A stretch of 64,000 nucleotides of DNA. It comes from Candidatus Omnitrophota bacterium (GTDB lineage Bacteria; Omnitrophota; Omnitrophia; Omnitrophales; Aquincolibacteriaceae). Positions 27,409-36,787 of this stretch are shown in pieces (the first letter of the stretch is position 1; every line of letters begins with the position of its first letter). Under the pieces are notes generated by a model. The model was not told where the DNA came from, searched no databases, and was given only the letters and a program-made list of their open reading frames with translations. The stretch lies in NCBI GenBank assembly GCA_043803685.1, contig JAZDJU010000037.1, forward strand, positions 160,001 to 224,000. The letters are read 5' to 3'. The translations under genes were made by a program, and so were the position numbers.

Positions 27409-28632
27409 ATGATCGCTCAAAATCCAGGAAACTTTTGGCCGGTGCTTGTTTTGACTCTGTCCCTTTCGCTCTTCAGCGCCTGTGATCAAAAAATCAAGCC
27501 GGTGGGAGATCCGACCCAGACCCAGGGGATCACGGAAACCGAAATATTGCTCGGGAACTCTTCCCCCTTCACAGGACACGCCCAGCATCTCGGCACCCAC
27601 AACCTCCGCGGGGCCATGATTTTCTTCAATGACCTGAATAGCCGCGGCGGGATCAACGGGAGAAAGATCCGGGTGATCAGTTACGATGATCAATACGATC
27701 CGCCCCAGTGTGTTCTGAACACTCAAAAGCTCCTAGGACAGGATAAGGTATTCGCCCTCTTCAACTATTTCGGATCCCCCACCACCCTCAAAGTTATTCC
27801 GATGCTCGAGCAGACGAAAACCCCTCTGGTCGGTGTGTTTTCAGGTGCGGATTTTTTGAGAAATCCTGTAAAAAAATATATTTTTAACATCCGTGGCTCG
27901 TATCATCTGGAAACCAATCGAGCCGTGATGCATTTCGTCGAGGACCTTGGATTCAAAAAGCTCGCGGTTTTTTATCAAAATGATGCCTTTGGGATCGACG
28001 GCCTCAAAGGAACCGAGATCGCGCTTGCGCACTATGGTCTGAAACCGGTCGCCGCGGAAAGTTATGATCGTGGGGCCCTGAATGTGGAGAACGCCGCCGA
28101 GATCATCCGCCAATCAGGCGCGGAGGGGGTGGTCATGGTCGCGCTCTACGGGCCAGCCAGTAAATTCATTAAACTCTTGAAAGACGCCGGCTCCCCGATG
28201 ATCTTCTACGTAGTGTCTCCTGTGGGGACTTCTGAGCTTGTGAAACAACTGGGGGATAAATACAGCGACGGAGTGATCATCTCGCACGTAGTGCCGTCCC
28301 CCGACCTTGACGTGTTAAGCTCCGTCCGGGAGTATAAAATGCTCAATGAGCGCTATTATCCCGAAAGCCAGCCCAACGTTGTCGCTTTGGAGGGTTATGT
28401 CAATGCCAAGGTGATCGCGGAAGGCCTCACGCGGGCCGGTAAGGATCTCACACGAGAGAAGTTCGTCCAAGCGTTGGAGTCCTTGCGTGATTACTCTTGC
28501 GGCATCGGGAACCCGCTCAATTTCAGCGCGGAGAATCATGAAGGGATCAAATCCGTCTTTTTCACAAAGATCGAAAAAGGAGAACTTGTATTTATTTCGA
28601 ATTTCCGGGAAGTCATGGAAGGCAAGGTTTAG
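27409..28632 (+). CDS. Type I periplasmic binding lipoprotein (LivJ-like), copy 2
   Basis: Paralog of 26058-27299 with a near-identical N-terminus. Confidence 0.88.
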   Translation: MIAQNPGNFWPVLVLTLSLSLFSACDQKIKPVGDPTQTQGITETEILLGNSSPFTGHAQHLGTHNLRGAMIFFNDLNSRGGINGRKIRVISYDDQYDPPQCVLNTQKLLGQDKVFALFNYFGSPTTLKVIPMLEQTKTPLVGVFSGADFLRNPVKKYIFNIRGSYHLETNRAVMHFVEDLGFKKLAVFYQNDAFGIDGLKGTEIALAHYGLKPVAAESYDRGALNVENAAEIIRQSGAEGVVMVALYGPASKFIKLLKDAGSPMIFYVVSPVGTSELVKQLGDKYSDGVIISHVVPSPDLDVLSSVREYKMLNERYYPESQPNVVALEGYVNAKVIAEGLTRAGKDLTREKFVQALESLRDYSCGIGNPLNFSAENHEGIKSVFFTKIEKGELVFISNFREVMEGKV

Positions 28633-28742
28633 CGCCGCATGAGAATTTAAATGAAGGGGACGCGATACAGCCCTTGTGATCCTATATTTTTTTTGAGAAC
28701 AAGTGCTGTTAACCCCTAAGATCAAATGGAGAACAGGACTCA

Positions 28743-31541
28743 ATGGGGATCAGAAAAGCGCTGACGGGAGCGGTGAAAAGCAATCTCCGCGCAAAGATCA
28801 CGCTCTTCTTTGCGGCCATCGTCCTGTTCTTTGCGATCCTCAATGGGGTCGGCACCTCCTCGGTCCTCTCCTCGAGACTGACCCGGGAACTTCTCAGAGA
28901 TAACGTCCTCTTCGCGGAAAGTCTTTCCAAGCACCTCATCGAACCTTTCCTGGCCCGGGATACCGGTAAGATGACGGACAATCTTTTCGATCAGAGATAC
29001 GCCCACAGTTCCTTGGCCTATCTTTTTATCCTGGATGAAAAGAACCAATGCCTGGCTTCGACCTCCCTCGGCAGCGCTCTCGAAGAGGAACTGCGCCTTT
29101 TGAATCCGTTATCACCGGGCCAAACCGAGCATATCCTCCTGGTAACAACCTCGCTCGGCCCTGTTTATGATATCGCTGTGCCTCTAGCCTACGGGCGGGG
29201 CGTTCTGAGGATCGGACTTCTTCGCAAGAATATCGACGATGTCATCCAGGGGGTGCTCGGGATGCTCCTGCTGACCACGATACTCTCGTTCTTTTTTGCC
29301 ATGGTCTTCGTTCATTTTCTTGCCGGAGCTCTAACAAAACCTCTCGACTACTTTAAGCGTTCCGTGCAGCGCATTGGTCAGGGCGACCTGGATACCCGGG
29401 TCGACATCCATACCCGCGATGAGATCGGAGATCTGGCCAGGGCATTCAACCAAATGGCGGTGGATCTTAAAAAATCCAAGGAAGATCTGGAAAAAACAAT
29501 GGTCTCGCATGATTCTTTATTGCAGGAAATTGCGGTGCGCAAAAAAGTCGAGGAAAACCTGGATCGCGTCAGTCAGAGAAATAAGTTGGTCCTGAATTCG
29601 GCGGCGGAGGGCATCCTGGGACTGGACCTGGAAGGCCGCCACACCTTCGTGAATCCGGCTGCGGCCAGCATGCTGGGCTACAAAATGGACGAGCTTCTTG
29701 GTCAGCCAAGTCACAGTCTTTGGCACCATACCCAGCCCGACGGAAATCCGGCCCCCCCAGAAGCCTGCGCGATCCATGCCACTTTTCGGGATGGAGCAAC
29801 ACGTCACGTGTCCGCGGAGGTGTTCTGGCGAAAGGACGGCACCAGCTTCCCCGTTGAGTATACAGCCGCTCCCATTTATGACGAGGGCCAGTTGTCGGGT
29901 GCGGTCGTATTTTTTTCTGACGGCACCGAGCGCCGGCGATTCGCCGAAGCAGAGAATTCCAGGATCGCAGCGGAGTTAGCCAGTAAAGCTAAAAGCGATT
30001 TTTTGGCGGCGATGTCGCATGAGATAAGAACCCCCCTGAGCGCCGTGATCGGTTACGCGGACATTCTTTCCAAAACACCTCTCAATGAGGAGCAAAAAAA
30101 GTACGTCACGACCATGGACTCGAGCGGAAAACTTCTCCTCACCCTGATCAACGATATTCTTGATTTTTCCAAGATCGAGGCCGGTAAGATCGTTCTGGAA
30201 GATGTGTTTTTTGACCTGGAATATCTTATTAAGGACGTCTTTAAGATCGCCTCGACCAAGATCCCGCGGGGGAAGATCACGACCTACGTTGATTTTCACA
30301 AAGAAGCGCCGACCCGCGTCAAAGGCGATCCCACCCGGATGCGGCAGATCTTGCTCAATCTTCTCAATAATGCCATCAAATTCACGCGCCAGGGAGAGAT
30401 CGGACTCACGGTAGAACTCTCGACAGAGACCGCTTCTCCGGAGGAGCCTGTTGTTCTGATGACCGTTAAAGATACGGGCATCGGCATCCCCGCGGATAAG
30501 CGAACTCTTCTTTTCCAGCAGTTTTCTCAGGTGGATGTCTCCACGACGCGAAAATATGGCGGCGCCGGGCTGGGCCTATCGATCTGCAAAGCGTTGATCG
30601 AAAAAATGGGCGGCCGGATCTGGGTCGAGTCCGAGGAAAACGTAGGCAGTGCGTTCAAATTCACAGTGAAGCTCAAGAAGGGCGCGGCTCTGATCGACAG
30701 CTCGGTGTCTTTGTTAACGAAGGAAGAACTGGCGAGCAAAAAGATCCTTATTGTGGATGACAACCGGGTGTCGCAAGAGATCGTGGAGCGATACTGTCGC
30801 GATCTCGGTCTTTCAGTGACCTTTATCGCTTCTTCGGCAAAGGAAGCGATCGACCATCTCCAGGGTCTGGCTGGAACCGGCTCCTTCCCCGACATCCTCT
30901 TAAGCGATATTCGCATGGCAGACATGGACGGCTACCAGCTCGTGGAAAAACTCACGGCTTTGTTTCCGGACTGCGGCATGAAATTCATCGCGATCACATC
31001 GGACCTTTGGCCCGGGGCGTCCCCAAAATCAGAAATGAAAGGTTTCCACGGATTCATTGTTAAGCCGGTGCTCAGAGAGGATCTTGCCGGAGTGATCGGG
31101 ATCATTTTGGGGGACAGGCGACCCGAGAAAAAGATCGTGACGAAGCATACGTTCCATGAACTTGTGTGTAAAAATATGCGCGTCCTTGTCGCCGAAGACG
31201 CGAAAACGAACCGGGATCTTGTCGAGATCTTTTTGACCGGATGGGGTTGCCAGGTGGATTTCGCCGAGAACGGAGAAGAAGCGGTGGAAAAAGTCAGGAT
31301 GAACAAATACGATGTGTGCCTGATGGACCTTCAGATGCCCAAAATGGGCGGGCTAGAAGCCACCCAGATCATCCGCCGGGAGATCTCCAAGGACCTCCCC
31401 ATCATCGCACTGACCGCCGCAGCGACCGACGATATGAAAGCCGCCTGCATGAGTAGCGGCATGACGGACTATGTTCTAAAGCCGATCAATGTGGCGGAAC
31501 TGAAGGAAAAGCTGATCCAACACGGCCGTCCTAGCGCTTAA
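28743..31541 (+). CDS. Hybrid sensor histidine kinase (TM-HAMP-PAS-HisKA-HATPase-REC-REC)
   Basis: MSHEIRTPL H-box, NLLNNAIKF, DTGIG, GAGLGL, two receiver domains (DIRM, MDLQMP). Confidence 0.93.
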   Translation: MGIRKALTGAVKSNLRAKITLFFAAIVLFFAILNGVGTSSVLSSRLTRELLRDNVLFAESLSKHLIEPFLARDTGKMTDNLFDQRYAHSSLAYLFILDEKNQCLASTSLGSALEEELRLLNPLSPGQTEHILLVTTSLGPVYDIAVPLAYGRGVLRIGLLRKNIDDVIQGVLGMLLLTTILSFFFAMVFVHFLAGALTKPLDYFKRSVQRIGQGDLDTRVDIHTRDEIGDLARAFNQMAVDLKKSKEDLEKTMVSHDSLLQEIAVRKKVEENLDRVSQRNKLVLNSAAEGILGLDLEGRHTFVNPAAASMLGYKMDELLGQPSHSLWHHTQPDGNPAPPEACAIHATFRDGATRHVSAEVFWRKDGTSFPVEYTAAPIYDEGQLSGAVVFFSDGTERRRFAEAENSRIAAELASKAKSDFLAAMSHEIRTPLSAVIGYADILSKTPLNEEQKKYVTTMDSSGKLLLTLINDILDFSKIEAGKIVLEDVFFDLEYLIKDVFKIASTKIPRGKITTYVDFHKEAPTRVKGDPTRMRQILLNLLNNAIKFTRQGEIGLTVELSTETASPEEPVVLMTVKDTGIGIPADKRTLLFQQFSQVDVSTTRKYGGAGLGLSICKALIEKMGGRIWVESEENVGSAFKFTVKLKKGAALIDSSVSLLTKEELASKKILIVDDNRVSQEIVERYCRDLGLSVTFIASSAKEAIDHLQGLAGTGSFPDILLSDIRMADMDGYQLVEKLTALFPDCGMKFIAITSDLWPGASPKSEMKGFHGFIVKPVLREDLAGVIGIILGDRRPEKKIVTKHTFHELVCKNMRVLVAEDAKTNRDLVEIFLTGWGCQVDFAENGEEAVEKVRMNKYDVCLMDLQMPKMGGLEATQIIRREISKDLPIIALTAAATDDMKAACMSSGMTDYVLKPINVAELKEKLIQHGRPSA

Positions 31542-31600
31542 GCTCTCCCGCCCTCCCGTAGGCCCGCCCCCTGAAGTGAAAAGGTTCTCAGCGAGAACTT

Positions 31601-32263
31601 TCAGTTCGCCTCGAAGTGATGGCGGACTTCCTTCCCCTGCTTCAAGTAGATGGTATCTTCGGCGATATTGTTCGAGAGATCCGCAATGCGCTCAAGATTG
31701 CGGCCGATCATGACAACGCTTAGAGCCCGGCGGACCGTCTGGGGGTCCTTTTCCATCAACTCGGACATATCCAGATAGAGCTTGTCGTTGTAATCATCAA
31801 TCTTGTCGTCGCTTTCCAGGACCTTGCGCGCGAGGTCGACATTCTCATTCATGAAACAATCCAAAGCATCCCGGACCATTTTTTTGACCGCTTCAGCCAT
31901 GCGTTCCAACGGAAAATCCATTTTAAGCGGCGGTTGCCCGATCAAGTATTGGCTTTTTTCCGCGATATTGACCGCGTGATCGCCCATGCGTTCCAGATCG
32001 GTATTGATCTTGAGGATCATGGTGATCAGCCGGAGATCGCGGGCCATCGGTTGGAGCAGCGCGAGAAGCGTATGCCCGCTTTCGTCGATCTCGATCTCAA
32101 GCTGGTTAATGACTTTCTCGTCCTCTAGCACCGCTTTCACGCGATCCTCGGAACGCTCGACCAGCGCTTCAAAGGATTTTTCAATGGCGCCTTCGACCAA
32201 GAGCCCCATCTGAAAAAGCTTCTGCTTTAAGCCTTTAAGTTCTTCCGCGAAATGTCTTTCCAT
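31601..32263 (-). CDS. phoU: Phosphate signalling protein PhoU
   Basis: QPMARDLR, DLERMGDHA, NLERIAD; start MERHF. Confidence 0.95.
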   Translation of the reverse strand: MERHFAEELKGLKQKLFQMGLLVEGAIEKSFEALVERSEDRVKAVLEDEKVINQLEIEIDESGHTLLALLQPMARDLRLITMILKINTDLERMGDHAVNIAEKSQYLIGQPPLKMDFPLERMAEAVKKMVRDALDCFMNENVDLARKVLESDDKIDDYNDKLYLDMSELMEKDPQTVRRALSVVMIGRNLERIADLSNNIAEDTIYLKQGKEVRHHFEAN

Positions 32264-32282
32264 AAGTCCGCCTCCTTTTCCT

Positions 32283-32335
32283 GAGCCACGAGCCACGTCT
32301 CCCGGGCCACGTTGCGTGGACCGTGGATCGTGCAC
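32283..32335. repeat. Heptamer palindromic element (CCACG type)
   Basis: gccacga-gccacgt-ctcccgg-gccacgt..cgtggac-cgtggat-cgtgcac. Confidence 0.8.
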
Positions 32336-32345
32336 CCGGGTTATT

Positions 32346-33098
32346 TTAGCCGTACCTTCCGGTAATATATTCCTCGGTCTGTTTTTCCCGCGGGTTCGTA
32401 AAGATCTGCTTCGTTCCACCATATTCGACAAGTTTCCCGAGAAGCATGAAGCCTGTGCGCTCCGACACGCGGGCCGCCTGTTGCATGTTATGCGTCACGA
32501 TCACGATCGTGTAATTCTTTTTAAGTTCGAACATGAGCTCTTCGATCCTTTGCGTCGCCATCGGGTCCAGCGCCGAACACGGCTCGTCCATCAACACAAT
32601 GTCCGGCTTGATCGCCGCGAGCCGGGCGATGCAAAGACGCTGCTGCTGCTCCAACGAAAGGTTCAGCGCGAAACGGTCGAGCTTGTCTTTCAAGAGGTCC
32701 CAGAGCATAACGTCGGAAAGCGCCTTTTCCACGATCGCCTCGAGTTCTCCGCGGTTCTTCGTCCCGTGCGTGCGGGGACCGTAAGCGATGTTGTCGAAGA
32801 TCGAGAGCGGGAACGGATTCGGCCGCTGAAAGACCATCCCGACCTTTTTCCGGAGCAGGATCAAGTCCGTCGCGGGGTCATAGATATTCTTGCCGTCGAT
32901 CAGGATCTCGCCCGTGATCCGGACGCCGTCGATCAGATCGTTCATGCGGTTCAGGGTCCTCAGGAGCGTGGACTTCCCGCATCCGGAAGGGCCGATCAGC
33001 GCCGTGATCATTTTTTCCTCGATCCCGAGGTTCACGCCGATCAACGCCTGGAACGTGCCGTAATAAAGATCTAATTTTTTTGTTTCTATCTTTTTCAT
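32346..33098 (-). CDS. pstB: Phosphate ABC transporter ATPase
   Basis: [34 protein letters not shown]. The signature motif is degenerate (LSLEQQQ). Confidence 0.93.
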   Translation of the reverse strand: MKKIETKKLDLYYGTFQALIGVNLGIEEKMITALIGPSGCGKSTLLRTLNRMNDLIDGVRITGEILIDGKNIYDPATDLILLRKKVGMVFQRPNPFPLSIFDNIAYGPRTHGTKNRGELEAIVEKALSDVMLWDLLKDKLDRFALNLSLEQQQRLCIARLAAIKPDIVLMDEPCSALDPMATQRIEELMFELKKNYTIVIVTHNMQQAARVSERTGFMLLGKLVEYGGTKQIFTNPREKQTEEYITGRYG

Positions 33099-33111
33099 GA
33101 TTTCCTATTCC

Positions 33112-33164
33112 GAACCACGCGCCACGTCTCCCGATCCACGCTTCGTGGCTCGTGGTGCGTGGAC
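33112..33164. repeat. Heptamer palindromic element (CCACG type)
   Basis: Shares gccacgtctcccg with the neighbouring copy at 32283. Confidence 0.8.
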
Positions 33165-33169
33165 CGCCT

Positions 33170-33919
33170 TTACCCAAATCTTCCGCTGATATAGTCCTGG
33201 GTCCGCGGATCCCGCGGCGCCGTAAAGACCTTGCCTGTCTCGTCGATCTCGACGAGCTCCCCCATCAGAAAAAAGGCCGTCCTGTCTCCGACCCGCGCCG
33301 CCTGCTTCACGTTGTTCGTCACAAGGATCTGCGTGTAGCGGGCCTTCAGCTCGAACATGGCCTCCTCGACCTTGGCTGTCGAGATCGGGTCGAGACCGGA
33401 ACACGGTTCGTCATAAAGGATCACTTCGGGCTCCACGGCAAGCGTCCGGGCGATGCAGAGACGTTGCTGTTGGCCGCCTGAGAGTTTCATACCCGACGAC
33501 GAAAGACGGTCTTTCACCTCGTCCCAGAGAAACGCTGCTTTCAAGGTTTTCTCGACGATCTCCGCGAGCTTCTTTTTATCTTTCAGGCCGTGCCGCCGGG
33601 GTCCATAAGCAATGTTGTCGAAGATCGACATCGGAAGCGGCAGGGGGAGCGCGAAGACCATCGTGACTTTTTTCCGGACTTCCTCGGCATCCATTTCCTT
33701 CCGGATGTCCTTTCCATTCAATTTGATCGAACCCGTCATGCGACAGGTATGATCAAGATCGTTCAAGCGGTTGATCGCGCGAAGGAACGAGGTCTTGCCG
33801 CTGTTCGAGGGACCGATCACGCTCAGGATCTCGTTCTCTCGCACAGAAAAATTAACGTTCTTGAGCGCGGGAACATCCCCGTAGTGAATATTGAGGTTCT
33901 CAACAATGATTTTATCCAT
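33170..33919 (-). CDS. pstB: Phosphate ABC transporter ATPase, second paralog
   Basis: GPSNSGKT, LSGGQQQ, DEPCSGLDP, YISGRFG. The Q-loop (MVFA) and H-loop (VTNN) are atypical. Confidence 0.9.
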   Translation of the reverse strand: MDKIIVENLNIHYGDVPALKNVNFSVRENEILSVIGPSNSGKTSFLRAINRLNDLDHTCRMTGSIKLNGKDIRKEMDAEEVRKKVTMVFALPLPLPMSIFDNIAYGPRRHGLKDKKKLAEIVEKTLKAAFLWDEVKDRLSSSGMKLSGGQQQRLCIARTLAVEPEVILYDEPCSGLDPISTAKVEEAMFELKARYTQILVTNNVKQAARVGDRTAFFLMGELVEIDETGKVFTAPRDPRTQDYISGRFG

Positions 33920-33931
33920 GATAGTTCTCGC

Positions 33932-34024
33932 TCCACGAGCCACGCTCCACGCAACACGAAATGGGGAGCGTGGTCCAGCCCGATCGATGAATGCTCCGTG
34001 GCCCGTGTCCCTTGGCCCGTGCGT
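33932..34024. repeat. Heptamer palindromic element (CCACG type)
   Basis: tccacga-gccacgc-tccacgc-aacacga...cgtggcc-cgtgtcc-cttggcc-cgtgcgt. Confidence 0.75.
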
Positions 34025-34027
34025 TGA

Positions 34028-34879
34028 TCACCATTGTTTTTTTCTCCGCATGTGAGAACGGACAAGAATGGCGACAAAATTGAGCGAAAAAACCATTCCC
34101 ACAAGCACAAGCGCGGTACCATATTGAAGCGCGGGTTTCACGTTCGGCACCTGCGTCGAAAGCACGTAGAGGTGGTACGGCAACGCCATGCATTGATCAA
34201 AGATCGACTGTGGTAAACGTGGCAGATAGAAAGCCGCCACCGTGAAAAGAATGGGGGCCGTTTCTCCCGCCGTCCGGCTAATACCCAGAATAGAGCCGGT
34301 TAAGATCCCCGGGAGAGCGTTCGGAAGCACCACATGACGGATCGTCTGCCACCGGCTTACGCCCAAAGCGAGGCTCGCCTCCCGGAAAGAACGCGGAACG
34401 CTTAAAAGCGCTTCTTTTGAGGAGGTGATGATCACGGGCAGTTCCATGATCGCAAGCGTGAGGGCTCCCGCGAGGATCGAAGACCCGAATTGAAAGAAGA
34501 TCACAAAAAGCCCGAGGCCAAAGAGGCCGTAGACCACGGAAGGCACCCCCGCCAGATTCACGATCGCGATCTCGATCATCCGTGTCCACCAGTTCTTCCG
34601 GGCATACTCCACAAGGTAGATCGCCGTGAGAACCCCGAGCGGAAGCGCGACGCCGATCGCCACCGCCACAAGGCAGAGCGTCCCCATGATCGCGGGGAAA
34701 ATGCCGCCGGCCTTCATCCCCAGGCGCGGCATGGCGGTCAGGAATTGCCAATTGATCGCGGGCAGTCCTCTTTGAATAAGGATCACCAGGATCAGAATCA
34801 CCGGGATAATCACGATGAGGGCTGCCAGACCGAGTAGCGCAAAAGCGATCTTTTGTTTGGTTTGAGGCCTGATCTTCAT
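34028..34879 (-). CDS. pstA: Phosphate ABC transporter permease
   Basis: GGIFPAIMGT, LAGVPSVVYGLFG, AGETAP. Confidence 0.95.
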   Translation of the reverse strand: MKIRPQTKQKIAFALLGLAALIVIIPVILILVILIQRGLPAINWQFLTAMPRLGMKAGGIFPAIMGTLCLVAVAIGVALPLGVLTAIYLVEYARKNWWTRMIEIAIVNLAGVPSVVYGLFGLGLFVIFFQFGSSILAGALTLAIMELPVIITSSKEALLSVPRSFREASLALGVSRWQTIRHVVLPNALPGILTGSILGISRTAGETAPILFTVAAFYLPRLPQSIFDQCMALPYHLYVLSTQVPNVKPALQYGTALVLVGMVFSLNFVAILVRSHMRRKKQW

Positions 34880-35760
34880 AGTCTTTTCCTGTGGCGCGCC
34901 ATATCGGCAAGAAAATTGATAAGAAATGTGATCGCGAAGAGAACCAGGCCGATGGCAAAAAGCGAAAAATAATGCTCGCTTCCGCGCACAGTTTCTCCCA
35001 TTTCAGCGGCGATCGTGGCGGTCATGGTCCTGACGGGCGCGAGGATCGTGTTCGGCATCACGGAAGCATTACCGGTGAGCATCATCACCGCCATTGTTTC
35101 GCCGATAACGCGTCCGATCCCAAGCATGATCGCGGCCACGATCCCGGAAGAGGCCGCAGGAATGATGACCCGATAGATGGTCTGCCAATGCGTGGCCCCG
35201 AGCGCATAGGATCCTTCCTTATAAGTCCGCGGCACGGAGGTAATGGCGTCTTCCATAATGCTGACCATCGTTGGAATAGCCATAAAGGCCAGAGCGATGG
35301 ATCCCGTTAGCGCGGTGAGACCCGTCGGAAGATGAAACAGGTTTTTGACAATGGGACCCAGCATGGCCATCCCGATGAAACCGATCACAATGCTTGGGAT
35401 CGCGGCAAGGAGTTCCACGCCGGCTTTAAGAAATTCGCGCATCCAGCGCGGCGCGATCTCTCCGATAAAGATCGCGCAGGCAAGACCCAGAGGAACAGAA
35501 ATGACGGTTGCTCCGATCGTCACGAACAAGGAACCAAGGAAAAGCGGCAAAATGCCGAATTGAGGCGGTTCGTTCAGCGGGCTCCAGATCCGTCCGAAAA
35601 GAAAATCCTGGATCGTAACCGTTTTAAAAAGAGCAAGGCCGTCTTTGGCTAAAAAAACAAAGATGAGGATAACAAAGAGAATACACGCAAAGCCATTCGC
35701 GAGAATGGCTTTTTCAATGATCACTTCCCGGAATTTTTTCATTATTTCTCTCACCGCCAT
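34876..35760 (-). CDS. pstC: Phosphate ABC transporter permease
   Basis: FGILP, ELLAAIPSIV, GRVIGETMAV. Confidence 0.95.
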   Translation of the reverse strand: MAVREIMKKFREVIIEKAILANGFACILFVILIFVFLAKDGLALFKTVTIQDFLFGRIWSPLNEPPQFGILPLFLGSLFVTIGATVISVPLGLACAIFIGEIAPRWMREFLKAGVELLAAIPSIVIGFIGMAMLGPIVKNLFHLPTGLTALTGSIALAFMAIPTMVSIMEDAITSVPRTYKEGSYALGATHWQTIYRVIIPAASSGIVAAIMLGIGRVIGETMAVMMLTGNASVMPNTILAPVRTMTATIAAEMGETVRGSEHYFSLFAIGLVLFAITFLINFLADMARHRKRL

Positions 35761-35767
35761 AATTTAC

Positions 35768-35800
35768 AGGGGACAGGCATTACGTGACTGCCTGTCCCCT
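35768..35800. terminator. Perfect 12-bp stem-loop between pstS and pstC (terminator, mRNA stabiliser or REP-like)
   Basis: AGGGGACAGGCA-N9-TGCCTGTCCCCT. Confidence 0.65.
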
Positions 35801-35841
35801 ATAAAACATTCTTAAAACCTATCCGAAAAACCGCTCAAGAT

Positions 35842-36711
35842 CTACTTCTTGCCTAGCGACACAAACCCCATATCCTCAACGATCTTCTGCCCCTTTTCGC
35901 TCTGGGCAAAATCAATAAACGCCTTGATCTCTCCCCGAGGTTTGAAGGCCGTATACACATAAAGGAACCGCCAGATCGGGTAGGTCCTGTTCGTCGCGGT
36001 CTCTTTGGATGGTTGAACAAAGGGATCCCCGCTTTTCTTGGCAACGGCAATGGTTTTGACCTTCGAGGTCACGTAGCCAAGTCCGTCATAACCGATCGCG
36101 CTTTCGCTTGTCGAGGTTTCACTAATGATCGCCTCGGAAGACGGCAACATAAGGACCGACGGCGCAAACTGTTCCGGGCCTTTTTCATTCCCCTTCCTCA
36201 ATACATGCTCCAGAAAATACATATGGGTTCCGGAATTCCTTTCACGCGAGAGGACGAGGATCTTCTGATCTTTGCCTCCCACTTCGTTCCAGTTCGTGAT
36301 TTGCCCCGTAAAAATGCCGGAAAGCTGATCGATCGTCAGCTCTTTGACAGGATTCGCCGGATTGACGATCACGGCGAGCGCGTCGATCGCCACCTCGAAC
36401 TCTTCTGGATAGTATCCGGCCTTCTGGGCATCTTCGAGCTCTTTTTTCTTGATCTTGCGGCTCGCGTTGGCGAGATCGGTGGTCCCATTGATCAAAGCCG
36501 CGATCCCGGTCCCGGAACCGCCTCCCGTCACGGCAATGCTCGCTTCGGGATGCTGGGCCATGTACTCCTCTGCCCATGCCTGGCTCAAATTCACGATCGT
36601 GTCCGACCCCTTGATCTGGATCATTTTTTCTTTCGCGTGGACCGGCAAAATCCCGACGCAAAAGATACTGAAGGCCACCCCCGCCACTTTAAGCAATCGA
36701 TCGATTTTCAT
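35842..36711 (-). CDS. pstS: Phosphate ABC transporter substrate-binding protein
   Basis: IKGSDT, GGGSGTG, ASR, RERNSGT, YPIWR. Confidence 0.95.
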   Translation of the reverse strand: MKIDRLLKVAGVAFSIFCVGILPVHAKEKMIQIKGSDTIVNLSQAWAEEYMAQHPEASIAVTGGGSGTGIAALINGTTDLANASRKIKKKELEDAQKAGYYPEEFEVAIDALAVIVNPANPVKELTIDQLSGIFTGQITNWNEVGGKDQKILVLSRERNSGTHMYFLEHVLRKGNEKGPEQFAPSVLMLPSSEAIISETSTSESAIGYDGLGYVTSKVKTIAVAKKSGDPFVQPSKETATNRTYPIWRFLYVYTAFKPRGEIKAFIDFAQSEKGQKIVEDMGFVSLGKK

Positions 36712-36741
36712 CTTGGATCCTCCCTTTATGTGCTGGGTCCT

Positions 36742-36785
36742 ATTTTACAGGACCTCTGTGGTGAACGATGTAAAATCCTTGTAAA
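36742..36785 (-). promoter_or_regulatory. Pho box and -10 of pstS
   Basis: Minus strand TTTACA-N5-TTTACA, a weaker ACCACA, then TAAAAT. Confidence 0.7.
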
Positions 36786-36787
36786 CT

